64,000 bases of DNA, taken from positions 18,166,001 through 18,230,000 of the forward strand of contig OX597825.1 of the NCBI GenBank assembly GCA_951406725.2, given 5' to 3'. A program made the translations under genes and the position numbers. Source of the DNA: Octopus vulgaris (Eukaryota). The notes under the pieces are model-generated. The model was not told the origin of the DNA, ran no database searches, and was given only the letters and a program-made list of their open reading frames with translations. This document shows positions 1 to 13,324 of the stretch, in pieces. The stretch's first letter is position 1, and the number at the start of each line of letters is the position of its first letter.

Positions 1-1339
1 GTAGTAGTAGTAGTAGTAGTAGCAATTTTCTCTTTGCGTATATCATGTATGTCGTCTTAGAATATTGTTAAAAGCATTAACAATAGAAAAAATTAATAAC
101 CTGAAATTACAATACGTAAGTTAATTTTTACTTCCGAAGTCGACTCCGCCTTTATTCATTTGAAGGTCGATAAAATAAGTTCCATGTTGAGCACTGGGGT
201 CGATGTAATCGACTTACACTCTCCGAAAACCTTGTTGGCTTTCTACCAATATATGAAACCAATATTTAACCTAATTCATTCAGTGGTTACTTTCTGTGCA
301 GCTTGACACACACCGCTATGGTTTTCAAATGTAATAATTATCAATTAGAGATAGAGCAAAAAAAAATATATCGCACACTTATATGCTTTCTACACTTATA
401 TAATTTCTATGCTATTATGTCCAGAAAAAGTATGAATTTTACTTATACTGCATTTTAGATTTTACGAAGAGTACGAAAGTATATAAAATTCCCTGTCGTG
501 CAAGATCGTTCTTTGTTAGAAATATGTTAAACACGCATATAAGCATACAAACATACCTACATACATATATACATAATAAATACAACGTTAGATAAATAGA
601 TAGAGAGAGAGACAGGCAGACCAACAGAGATACGTACAGACATATGTACATGTATACGCATGCATATATATATATGTATTAGAATACTGTCATTATGTTA
701 TATTTATACAGATTTGAATAAATTCATTACGTCATTGACAGTGTGGTTTATAAGTCGACCTAACTAATGAACGGTGAAATTACTGTCTCGGATTTCTCTT
801 CATATTTATGAATCGTCAAAGTTAATGGCTGGTAAATTATTCTTTTAATTTACGAATATGAATAGTAACACCAATGTAACAAATAAGTGTGGGTAATAAT
901 AATAATAAAAAAAAGGTGAATTTAACATTTATGAAATAAAATCTCGCATATAAATGAGTGTCTATAAAGCATGTTTGTTAAACCATTTAATAAGTATTAA
1001 CTGAAAACTTAACATAATCATTCATCATAGCTGTAATTCTTATATGACAGTAATTAAACTGGGAAGAGAGAGATTGATATCAGACTTCTTAAAACACATC
1101 TAGGTTTGTATGTACTCTAATATGTTAAACAACACACATAGGTAACTAATTTGAAACCAATGATCAGAAGCATAACATGTTCTTGAATTCAATAAACTAC
1201 ATTACTCTACACCATGTTTTCCTTTGTTTAGCTTTTATAATATTGATTTTTTTTTCACTACACTTCAATATGTAGGATGACATTAAAAACATATAAATGC
1301 AATGTCTATACTTGTTTACACATGTACTTATTAGTTTAT

Positions 1340-1395
<56 letters not shown>

Positions 1396-2695
1396 TGTCT
1401 GTGTGTGTTTACAATGAAAAAAGAAGCGTATTGAAAGAAAATGAAAACATCTTTAGATGTTTTAATATTCTCTTGAGTGATATGCCAAATAAACACCGAA
1501 AAAAAAAGCACTATGCTATAATTTTTATTAACTTTCAACTAAACTTTTATTTTGCAATTCATATCAAACATGGATAATATTCGTGTTTTCTTTTTTTTTT
1601 ATATACAATAGAGAAAGCCAATACAGAAACTTTAAAATTATATAAAATATTGCTAAAGAAAACGTTTTATAGATTCCCTTACACTAAATTATATAACAAA
1701 ACAGAGTTTACGAATATCAACCTTGTAAGTAGAAGCTGTGGGTTTTTGAAAACCGGATGAATTGGAATATAATTATAAATTCTGCGAAAACAATATAAGT
1801 TTAAATGAAACTGGAGGACACTGTAATAACATAACATCAAAGATTGTTTTCTTTCTTCTCTATTTTCATACCCTCTTAGAAGAAAACACATCAAAATAAA
1901 TTTCGAATGGAGAATAATATTATACTTCATGAGGAAGTTATTTTAAGTTGACTGCCCTGTATTATCGATTTAGATAACTGAGCGAAAACGTGGTTTTATA
2001 GTTTATTTACCGTAGAGGTAAACTAACGCTGACCTTCTCTGATATGAAACAAGTAAGCTGCCTCACACGCTATGTTGTTAAAAGTTTGACATCCATATTC
2101 CCTTGAACCTTGTCTGCAATATATCTTGACCAAAAGTTAAATACTTGAACAGAAAATCTAATTCTAGTACATTGATATATACATCTGAAAGATAACAGAC
2201 AAAAACAAATCAGTTTGTGTTAGGAAAATGAGTTCAAAATAATTGTGTTTTGTTAAGCTTTTGATGACTCATGTATTTAATCCGATTTCATTTTACATTA
2301 ACAGAAACACCAATTAAATTCTGTAGCCTACATTTTTGGATGTGATTCTTGTGTTCCCCAATATAAAGTTAATAGCGTTAATCATCGATCGCTGATTATC
2401 TCTTTGCAAACAAATTCACTCAGAAAATTAAACTGGTTGATATTTGTTTATTTCATATTTTTTGTTACTGATTAGTTTTTTTTTTATGGCTTTAATGTTT
2501 GTTTCCCTGAATAGGAAATTAAATGGATTGACAAATAATGTTCTGTGTATTCGATATGCATTTTGCCACTGAACATCACATCAAGGCAATTCGAGAAAAG
2601 GTAAGAGACATCTGCATCTACCGTGAAAATAGAACCAGAATTATTGTAAAAGTAAAAGAGAAATTCAAAGAAAGATTTGAATTCCTCTCTATACT

Positions 2696-3632
2696 TATTT
2701 CTTTACTACCCACAAGGGGCTAAACACAGAGAGGACAAACAAGGACAGACAAACGGAATTTGAACTCAGACAAATAAGGACAGACAAACAGATTAAGTCG
2801 ATTATATCGACCCCAGTGCGTAACTGGTACTTATTTAATCGACGCCGAAAGGATGAAAGACAAAGTCGACCTCGGCGGAATTTGAACTAAGAACGTAGCG
2901 GCAGACGAAATACATATTTCTTTACTACCCACAAGGGGCTAAACACAGAGAGGACAAACAAGGACAGACACACGGATTAAGTTGATTATATCGACACCAG
3001 TACGTAACTGGTACTTATTTAATCGATCCCGAAAGGATGAAAGGCAAAGTCGACCTCGGCGGAATTTGAACTAAGAACGTAGCGGCAGACGAAATACGTA
3101 TTTCTTTACTACCCACAAGGGGCTAAGCATAGAGAGGACAAACAAGGACAGACACACGGATTAAGTCGATTATATCGATCCCAGTGCGTAACTGGTACTT
3201 ATTTATCGACCCCGAAAGGATGAAAGGCAAAGTCGGCCTCGGTGGAATTTAAACTCGAACAAGGACAGACAAGCGGATTAAGTCGATTATATCGACTCCA
3301 GTGCGTAACTGGTACTTATTTAATTGACCCCGAAAGGATGAAAGGCAAAGTCGACCTCGGCGGAATTTGAACTAAGAACGTAGCGGCAGATGAAATACGT
3401 ATTTCTTTACTACCCACAAAGGGCTAAGCATAGAGAGGACAAACAAGGACAGACAAGCGGATTAAGTCGATTATATCGACTCCAGTGCGTAACTGGTACT
3501 TATTTAATTGACCCCGAAAGGATGAAAGACAAAGTCGACATCGGCAGAATTTGAACTCATAACGTAGCGGCAGACAAAATACCGCTAAGCATTTCGCCCG
3601 GCGTGCTAACGTTTCTGCCAGCTCACCGCCTT
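2696..3632 (-). mobile_element. Head-to-tail multimer of tRNA-derived SINE family A with a single TSD
   Basis: Unit 3' ends at 2696, 2915, 3099 and 3400. Only one 5' head (about 3580-3632). TSD ATTCCTCTCTATAC at 2681-2694 and 3633-3646. Confidence 0.9.
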
Positions 3633-3961
3633 ATTCCTCTCTATACCAAGCACAAATTCTCTGTATAGAAAATTAGCGGAGGTCGAAGACAGTATGAACT
3701 AATGTAGTTTGTGTTAACCTTATTTATTGCTCATACTTCATATCATCAATCACGTATAAATTTGTTCTGCCATTTAATGTGTAAATATATATTTCTTACG
3801 ATATTATTTCTAACATCAAACTAAATACTTGCAGAGAAACGGAAATTTAGGTGGTAAATGTTGCCAAACTATTTCGTTTATGAGCTCGTACTTATAAAAA
3901 AAATTCACATGTAACAATAATAGAATAGAATGCAAAAGAAAACTGTTAGGTTTGTATTCGT

Positions 3962-4347
3962 TTATTCTTTTACATGCTTCAGTTATTTGATTGCGGCAAT
4001 GCTGGCGCACGACTTTAAAGGGATTTAGTCGAAGAAATCGACCCTAAGACATATTCTTTGTAAGCCTAGTACAAACCGGTAGGTTATGGGGATGTAGACA
4101 CGCCAACATCGATTGTCAAGCGACGGTGGAGGGACAAACTCAGAACAAAGACATGCAAATAAATAAATAGATAATATGTGCATATATACGACGGCTTTCT
4201 TCGTTTCCGTTTACCAAATCTATTCCCAAGGCTTTGATCAGCCGAGGTTATAGTACAAAACAGTTGCCCATGTTTCCACGCATTGGGACAGAACCCAGAA
4301 TCATGTGGTTGAGAAGCAAACCTATTACCACACATCCATGCCTGCGG
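3962..4347 (-). mobile_element. tRNA-derived SINE family C
   Basis: Head GCAGGCATGGATGTGTGGTAA...GGTTCTGTCCC. 3' tail CCAGCAT-GCCGCA-TCAAAT-ACTGAA. Homologues at about 20165-20328, 37582-37742, 49999-50401 and smaller pieces elsewhere. Confidence 0.78.
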
Positions 4348-6628
4348 TTGTATGTAAGAGAAACTGAAACCGTCTTGAATTTGGCTAGATGAAAACCTAG
4401 AATCACCCATAAAGACGTATCTGACTACTCAAAAAGAAGTACTCTATGTAGTCTTATGTGATGAACATTTAGTATTATGCTTGAGTTTGTTTTCAACAGT
4501 TGTAAACAGAGCAGCGTAGAAAGAGAGTAAGGCTGGTAAATTTAATGTGTGGTGGTCTCAATCCATTAGCATAAGATGTTTGTGATTGTTTAACTACAGG
4601 TAAGAGCTAAGAGAAGATACATGATATCATAAACCTTCCAGGCGTGACCACTCCACTTTTCCTCTAAAGATCGTGATAGGTAAGTTCTCAGATAGTCCTT
4701 TTATAGGATGCTATCAAAAGCAGTCTCTAGCAAATGTTTTCCCCGATTTACCAAGCGATATTGAAAAAAAGTACGGATAATATACCATCATTTAGCTCCT
4801 GGTCTACTCCTAGGTCCCCCGCAATATTTTGCTCGTGCTTTTCAATCACATATCCATTGTCGCAAAGCAGAATGTTCAATGCAGAGAAGTAGTACCTTAG
4901 CTTACATGGAATTGTTGATCTCTCAATTTCACACCCTATCGAATAACTTCACTCCAGTGACGCTTACAAGGAACATTAGAGAATTCATAAAGGAACAAAA
5001 ATGAAATAGTAAGCATCTTGTCTGTAAAATGTCTATGACACGAAATCACACGGCATTTTTAGATCCACTAAGTGTAGATTCCTGCAAGTATTGCCGAGAT
5101 TTCTTCCTGGAGTGGAAATATTTGGCTGGCTTTGATGCCTGCAGGATGTGTGCCACATTTTCTATCAGCGAACTTACTCTCAAACATATTCCTATATTTC
5201 TTCCCCAAGCACCTAAATTAGCCTTTACATTTAACATGAATTTTCAGCAATAATTTGCCTCCCTTAAAATAAAGAGATTATCATTGTTTATTTTTTACAT
5301 TTTCTGAGAGAATAAAGCCTCAAAGCAATCACCACAATATTCACTTTGCTTTCAGTATTTTGGTCAGAGTTTCCTCCTTTCCACTGACCTTGATAGCTCA
5401 TTTTGGATATTTGGTGCGGATATTTGCTTGTGAGTTTTCAGAGCCAAAACCGAAATCAAAACGTCCGAATGCACCTCAGCTTTCTCGAAATAGTGGACAG
5501 TAGTAAGTAATGAATACAGTATTTGACATTTGGTGGGTCAATGGACTAAATACGTTTAGTATTTATTTCATCGCAATAAGATTTGATATAAATCGATTCA
5601 GATCTGATAAAATAAGTAACAGTAACTCGCTAGAGTGAAACGACTGGTTAACCCGCGTTAACCAAGACAAGATGTTTGCAGTCTATATAAGAAATCAATG
5701 ATACAGTAATTCTCTTACTTTTGTGTCAAAGAATTAATAAGAGGTATTTTCACAGATATTTAAATGATCTATTGATTGCTTACATGTACACGACGGTACA
5801 TGAGGCGGCGTGATATACATGCTATTGTGAAAGCAGAAAAAAAAATCAGACACAATCTTGAAACGACTTTGATTTCTTATAAATAATGAGTACTGTAATA
5901 AATTTGAGAATACCTGGTAGTATCGTATTGATTGTGAAGCTTTATATGGCTAAAGAAACATAGAGTAAAAAGTCTTTAATTTCACTCCTATCGAATTACA
6001 GCATTGAAAGGCTTAAAATCAAAAGCAGAAAACCGTGCATTTGAAGTAAATTCCATTATGATACAAACTGTTGCAAGTGAATTGAAAGACATGTTTTTTT
6101 TTTCTCTTTGTTGGTGAAAGGTAGTTTACACTTAGAATAGATCCAGTATCATATATCAGTTATAATGGCGAAATCGAAAGCTTAATGGAATATACACATA
6201 TATGTGTGTATACCTACGTACATGTATAAATATATGTGCGTATGAACACAAACACGCTCACATAAATATATATACACAAGCATACACACAACACAAAAGC
6301 ACATACATGAACATATATCTATGCATTTATGCATGCGTATACACGTATATACATATTTTGCTTGCATATGTAGGTATGTATACGTTTATGCAATTATATA
6401 ATACGCATGTATACTGATACTATATATATATTGCATAAGTAAAGCTATTTATAGATCGTGTTCCTCTAATTCATCATGAAGAAAACACACAGGCACACAC
6501 ACATATATATATATATGCAATGCATATATATATGAATATATATAATATAATATTATATATACGTATGAATATAATATATATATATGCATATATATATATA
6601 TATACATATATGTATTTATGTATATATA

Positions 6629-6679
<51 letters not shown>

Positions 6680-6696
6680 CTGTGTGTGTGCGTAGA

Positions 6697-6738
<42 letters not shown>

Positions 6739-6782
6739 TATATATACATATGCATATATATACATGTATGTATATATATATA

Positions 6783-6851
<69 letters not shown>

Positions 6852-7251
6852 GCATATATATATACATACATGCATTTATATATATGTGTGTTTGTGTGTG
6901 TGTGTATGAAATCACGTGTATACGTGGATGTTATCTGTATTATATTATTATTAGTAGTATGAATATTATTAGTTTTACTACTGATTTTGAAAACATTCCT
7001 TTTTTTTGTTTTTTTGTTTGTTTTTTTTTTTGTGCATGGTTTATGCAGTGATTGATCTCCGTTATAAAGATAGCCCTGAGCAAGATAGAACTCTATAGAA
7101 CAGAAATGAAAATATCAAAAGTAGGAAATGTAGTGGCGGGAAAATATATGAATCGGGGAATAAAAACATCTGCATGTCTCTTTATGTTAGGAAATAAGCA
7201 GTAGCAAGGCGGAATATATATATATATATGTGTGTGTGTGACTCTGTGTGC

Positions 7252-7326
<75 letters not shown>

Positions 7327-7954
7327 TGAGTGTTTAAGGCTGATTGTGTGTTTGTACATGCATGCATGAGTTCGTTCGTGTATTCCTACAGCACATGCGT
7401 ATATAGAAGCGAGAGCATGCGAATAGCCACAGGTAATGTAGCAAGCATTTTCTGAATTCTGTATTCAGCTATTTTCGAAAAAAGAAAAGTGGTGAGAATT
7501 ATCAATACGATAATATGATTGGCGAAAACTGGAAGCTGCGAAACAATTTAGCTTTCCGTCTGAGATAAAAGATAAATATAGCTTAAACAAACGCATACAC
7601 TTAGTCACACCATCAGTCACGACACACAACACTTACGTATGCAGACACACAAGTTTGTGATTTCTTATCTATGCATGTATGAATGTGTGTGTATTGTGCA
7701 ATGTAAGACCAAACGCCTTGAGGCTAGCCTGATGAAGTGCCATTCCAATATAATCAACTGCACGTATTGCGTAAGATTTCACGTTAAATCTGTTTTCACG
7801 TGCAATGGTATCGGAAGAACCGGAGTGGTACACCGAAACAAGTGTTACTAATAATAAATTTGTGATAAATATATTATTTGCCTTAATATGGTTGTGATCG
7901 TGTGTTTGGGTGTATGTGTAAATATACATACATGCGTGTATATGGTGTATGTAT

Positions 7955-8000
<46 letters not shown>

Positions 8001-8583
8001 GTAATATATCACTTTCTATCTATCAATCTATCTATCTGGCTATATATCTGTGTATATATATACAACTCTCTACCTATTTATTTGTCTCTCTGTATATGTA
8101 TATGTGTACACATATGTGTGTATGTGTACCCATATGTGTGTGTGTCTATGTACGTATGTTTGCATATATAAATATGGTAGTGAGAAAAACAAAAGAACTG
8201 ATAATTCAATCCACAAACATGACTCCCATGAGAGTTGGATTTAAAGGACAATTGTACATGATAGATTAAAATATATAAATGCAGATATTCTTTTAAAGTA
8301 TTTTAGTAAATATATATATTAAAACTATATATGTGTAAAGTAATAGATTTTTAAAGAATCCTCGAATGCAGACATAGATACGTTAAAACATGCGTGTATA
8401 TGCAAAAATATTGGAGAAAGCCCGAAGTCGTGATGGAAACGAATTAATAGATATAATGAGGAAGTTAAAATTTGGAATAGTAAAATTAAAATAAGGTACC
8501 AACAGCTGCTTTGGGGAGTTCATGACGGAAGCAAAATACAGAGATATTATACCCATTATATCAGTTTCTCCTTCTTCAGGAGG

Positions 8584-8670
<87 letters not shown>

Positions 8671-8672
<2 letters not shown>

Positions 8673-8995
8673 GGCGCGTGGCTTATTGGTTAGGGGCATT
8701 CGGCTCATGATCGTAAGGTCGTGAGTTCAATTCCCGGTGGCGCGTTGTGTCCTTGAGCAAGACACTTTATTTTACGTTGCTCCAGTCCACCCAGCTGGCA
8801 AAAATGACTAGTACTTGTATTTCAAAGGGCCAGCCTTGTCACATTGTGTCACGCTGAATCTCCCTGAGAACTGCGTTAATGGTACACGTGTCTGTGGAGT
8901 GCTCAGCCACTTGCACGTTAATTTCACGAGCAAGCTGTTCTGTTGATCGTATCAGCTGGGAGGGACCCTCGTCGTCGCAACTGACGGAGTGCTCT
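8671..8995 (+). mobile_element. tRNA-derived SINE family B (CORE-like domain)
   Basis: A-box TGGCTTATTGG, B-box GAGTTCAATTCCC, CORE-like TTGTGTCCTTGAGCAAGACACTT. 3' tail shared with 33279 and 36721. Confidence 0.85.
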
Positions 8996-8998
8996 TGT

Positions 8999-9044
<46 letters not shown>

Positions 9045-9531
9045 TTGAAGTTATAGAAATACACACACACATACACATATATATATATGGTTAAAAAATT
9101 ATTATTTTGAAATCTCACAATGAGAGATATTCAGCAACAGTACTTTGGAGTAAAGACTGTTTGCCAACATAACATTGCAGTCCTGGTTTAGGACGCATGC
9201 TGCTATAATTTAGCCCCATCGAGACATTGTCTCTATAGCTCTCTATACCACACGATCTGTGTCCTTATATTTTCGAACAAAGGAATCCAGCATCCCCACT
9301 CAGTTCAAAACAATATCTGTGTAACGCGATTTCTGGGTGTCGCTACCAAATTCCCACTATGTTATGTTGGCACAACAATCTTTACCCCAAAGTACTGTTG
9401 CTGAATATCTCTCGTTGTGAGATTTAAAAAGTAGGAATTTTCTAATTGATAGATCAGTGACTAGTTGTCACTTTGAAAACTATATATTTCGAACGGGAAT
9501 TTGGCAGCGCTACCTCTAGCCGAACAATTAT

Positions 9532-9576
9532 TCTTTGTTGATGAAGGGAAATAACCAGGAAATCGCTATACACAGA
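9532..9576 (+). ncRNA. Degenerate hammerhead ribozyme remnant
   Basis: TCTTTG TTGATGA agggaaataaccag GAAA TCGCTAT A CACAGA. The inverted sister copy at about 9316-9337 reads GAAATCGCGTTACACAGA. Each is one change from the palindrome ATCGCGAT. Confidence 0.5.
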
Positions 9577-9624
9577 TATTGTTTTGAGCTGAGTGGGGTG
9601 ATGAATTCCCTTGTTCGAAAATAT

Positions 9625-9857
9625 ATATTTCTTTACTATCCACAAGGGGCTAAACACAGAGGGGACAAACAAGGATAGACAAACGGATTAAGTCGATTAT
9701 ATCGACCCCAATACGCAACTGGTACTTAATTTATCGACCCCGAGAGGATGAAAGGCTAAGTCGACCTCGGCGGAATTTGAACCCAGGACGTAGCGGTAGA
9801 CGAATTACGGCTACGCATTTCGCCCGGCGTACTAACGATTCTACCAGCTCGCCGCCT
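9625..9857 (-). mobile_element. SINE family A, full length
   Basis: GGCGGCGAGCTGG head, B-box GGTTCAAATTCC, central GTCGACT...CCTTTCATCC...GGTCGATAAA motif resembling the Meta/Sauria-type central domain. Confidence 0.88.
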
Positions 9858-11318
9858 AAGGACACAGATCGTATCGTATAGACAGCTGCAGACGATGTTT
9901 CCTGGGGCTAAATTACAGCAACATTTGTCCTAAATTAGGACTGCCATGTTATGTCAGCAAACAATCTTTACTCCATACGTATATGAGTTTGTGTACACAC
10001 ACACACACACACATACTTATATAAGCATGTTTATAGAAATGACGTGTGACTGGCCACCAGAAGTTGCTGAAACAATTGTAAACCATACAATAAGCGTACA
10101 ATATCGTAATCTCTATTCTTCACTTGTTTCACGCACGTTCGCGCACACACATATTTGTATTCACATATAACTATTCATATGTGCTTCTGTCTGTGTGAAC
10201 ACATATATATATAATTATGAATATATTTTCTATGTTTCTATGAACATGTATATGCATATGGAAACACTTACAGGTGCTCATTCATAATCACACAGTTACA
10301 GAACGACATTTATCTACACGTATACACACATAATTTCACCCATTTACTGCCATTTACCCTTTGTTCCTCATCACTATTCATCTTTTAACTTTTATATTGC
10401 TCAATATTTCTTGCTTTTCATTTTCTTTAAAACTTACCAGATTTAATCTTTAGGCTATACTTGCATATTTACTCATGAAACAACGGAAATACAAAGAGAG
10501 AACATTAACAAATTTCTAATTTTGCCTTAGTATTTTTCTCACTCACTGACATATCAGTTTTATTATATAAAACAATTTCTTTGATATCGAAACTAAAACA
10601 TGTTTTTCTCTTTAATTGTTCAGTGTTTCTGTGTGCATTTCTATTATTTCCTGTATTTTATTTACAATATTAACGTTGAAACAATTAGAAAAGAGATGAA
10701 TTATATAATTGATGATGTATTATATTGCTGCAGGTTAGTGTTAGGAAAACTTGAATAGAAAAATGACAACGGAAGTCGTAATGGTATTTTTTTCTCCCTT
10801 TGAAATGAAGCATTTCACATGCAGCCTCTGATATACATACATACATACATACATACATACATACATACATACATACATACATACATACATACATACATAC
10901 TTACGTACGTACGTACGTACATACATACACATATACGCACAGATATACATGCACACAAACGTACATGTGTGCATTTCTGCGTACGTATGATTAATTAAAT
11001 AGTCGGAGAGAGAGAGGGGGAGATATAAAACTACCTATTAATATATGTATACGTATTACTATACGAGAGAGGGAGAGAAATATTCAGAGGGAGAAGGTGA
11101 GAGAAGGTAAGAAAGAGAAGGAGAGTGTGTATATGTGCTCCTGTATGGATATAGTTATGTGTGCGTGTGTATATATCTTTCTGTAGATATACATTGGTAC
11201 CTAAGTTCCATATATATATATACATAGACATATATATACATATATATATACAAACATATATATATATATGTATATAGATATGGATATGGATATAGATATA
11301 TATATGTATATATATATA

Positions 11319-11747
11319 TATTTAATTTATAGATAGAGGGCATTATACATACATGCCAGAGGGCATTATACATACAGAGGGCATTATACATACATGCCAC
11401 ACGCTAAGAGGGACAATTAGTCATTTCTACCAAAAATATTACTAATCCCACCGAATGCAATTTTTCAAAGTAAGACAAATGTCTTACTTTGAAAAATTGC
11501 ATTCGGTGGGATTAGTAATATTTTTGGTAGAAATGACTAATTGTCCCTCTTAGCGTGTGGCATGTATGTATAATGCCCTCTGGCATGTATGTATAATGCC
11601 CTCTATGTATAAATTAAATAAATTAATTAATATGTTCAATAAGAAATAATTATTTTCGAAATTTTTTCTCTTATGAGGTTTTCACGCTATCTACCTGACA
11701 ATTACTTGTTAAGTTTTCCTTATTAAGTGGTTGTCCTTAATTGCTAA

Positions 11748-11750
<3 letters not shown>
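11319..11750. mobile_element. Foldback element in (TA)n: near-perfect palindrome plus unique 3' extension
   Basis: Arms 11319-11477 and 11480-11620 with a 2-nt loop (TAAGACA-aa-TGTCTTA). Internal AGAGGGCATTATACATAC repeats. Bounded by (TA)n. Confidence 0.8.
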
Positions 11751-11789
<39 letters not shown>

Positions 11790-11807
11790 ATGTATAGATA
11801 TATATAA

Positions 11808-11955
<148 letters not shown>

Positions 11956-12307
11956 TATATATAGGTATGTATATACATATATATATGAGTGACGAAATGT
12001 AAAGAACAACCTATCGGTTTTCCGACGCCTTTGTCACTTTTATGGTTGCTATGTCAGAATAAAACTCTCCATTGTGTCCGGCTCGTCGGTATTATTCGCA
12101 TATCCAAGTGATTGAAATCCAAGTGACTGAAGTCTTAAAATCACGACCACACTAATGACGGTTAGGTGCACACGCAAATAAAACATACACAGGTGCATAT
12201 AGAAACATGAACAATACAGAAACACATACCTACACACAAACATACACACACACACACACAGACATATAGACACATACACACATGAATGTTTAGGGGTGCA
12301 AACAGAA

Positions 12308-12343
<36 letters not shown>

Positions 12344-12347
<4 letters not shown>

Positions 12348-12720
12348 CTGGGCGCCACTGCGTGGTGCCTAGGACTCCAAACCTGCCATCAAGATGTAGG
12401 ACAAGATTCTGTGATAGCCTGGGCTTCCGAGGCCCACAGCTCTTCAATATCCTCCCGAAGAACCTGAGAGACCTGCATGTGGTGGATACATATGTCTTTA
12501 AAATGAAGCTGGATCTCTTCCTGTCAGGTGTCCCAGATGAACCAACTTCACGGCAGGAGGGGCAGATGAGGGCAGCTGCATCGAACTCTCTCATGCACCA
12601 AATAGCAGTTGCTAGAAAGCCTCCATGAAGTGAAACCAAGTAGCAACACCAAATGGCGGTGCCCCAGCATGGCCATAGCTCATAAGCTGAAACTAGAATC
12701 AATCAATCAATCAATCAATC
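12344..12720 (+). mobile_element. CR1-group LINE 3' end (ORF2 C-terminus, 3' UTR, (AATC)n tail)
   Basis: RTGRHCVVP...SLGFRGPQLFNILPKNLR...FKMKLDLFLSGVPDEP...RAAASNSL, stop at 12628, short UTR, tandem-repeat tail. Confidence 0.8.
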
Positions 12721-12956
12721 ATATGTACATATGTATATAATATATATATATGTATATGTGTGTGTGTATTTGTATTTATATATGTACCTTTATTTATTTA
12801 TTTATTTATATGTACGTATGTCTCCTACTGTGGCCCCAGGCTGACCAAAATCTTCTGAGTGGAATTGATAATCGGTAGGCGATAAAAGCCTGTCGTAGAT
12901 GAACAGGTATGTGTGCATGTGTGTTCATATGTATGTGTGTATATTGTTGTTGTTAA

Positions 12957-13025
<69 letters not shown>

Positions 13026-13124
13026 TATTATAATTATTATTAGGTAGAAAGACTGAATATATATAGATGTGAATTTACACATTTTATAATTTATCTTTAA
13101 ATTTCTGCAATATAATTTATTTAC

Positions 13125-13324
13125 CTATTTGCCAGGGTATATAAGCTGGTTTTCTGGCATTCCTTGCATAAATGTAGAAAATAGAATATTAAAGAATTAA
13201 TGGAGAGTGTCCAGTTGCTTCCAAAATTTAATCTCGTCATTGAAATGAACTGTAATGATTCTGTTATGGGGTGGTAAATCTTGCGTTTCTCTGTGAATTC
13301 TTTCAAATAATTAAACGCGTACAT
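13125..13324 (-). other. Candidate exon of a minus-strand transcript
   Basis: CTCACTTCGCAG| acceptor and AG|GTAAAT donor bracket a 200-nt stretch open in one frame. Confidence 0.3.

Larger units (their letters stand above)
9095..9975. mobile_element. Older PLE-like pseudo-LTR cluster: one inverted copy plus two partial tandem copies, interrupted by a SINE
   Basis: About 9100-9177 is inverted at about 9359-9440. About 9145-9355 is inverted at about 9495-9624 plus 9857-9975. HHR remnant at 9532-9576. Confidence 0.7.

Noticed and set aside
2696-3632. CRISPR-like repeated units
   Set aside because: Whole units are repeated SINE sequence with no unique spacers, no cas genes and a eukaryotic context.
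6474-7367. Many ORFs of YI, HT, CV, LSIY repeats here and throughout the window
   Set aside because: Translations of (TA)n, (CA)n and (GATA)n microsatellites that simply lack stop codons.
8495-8586. Possible minus-strand hammerhead (CTGAAGA...CAAAGCAGCTGTT) next to (TA)n
   Set aside because: GAAA box and stem I are too degenerate to call. It may be a decayed relic.
12005-12100. Possible minus-strand hammerhead (CCGACGA...GAAA)
   Set aside because: The putative core itself pairs with CGTCGG and no convincing stem I or palindromic stem III follows.
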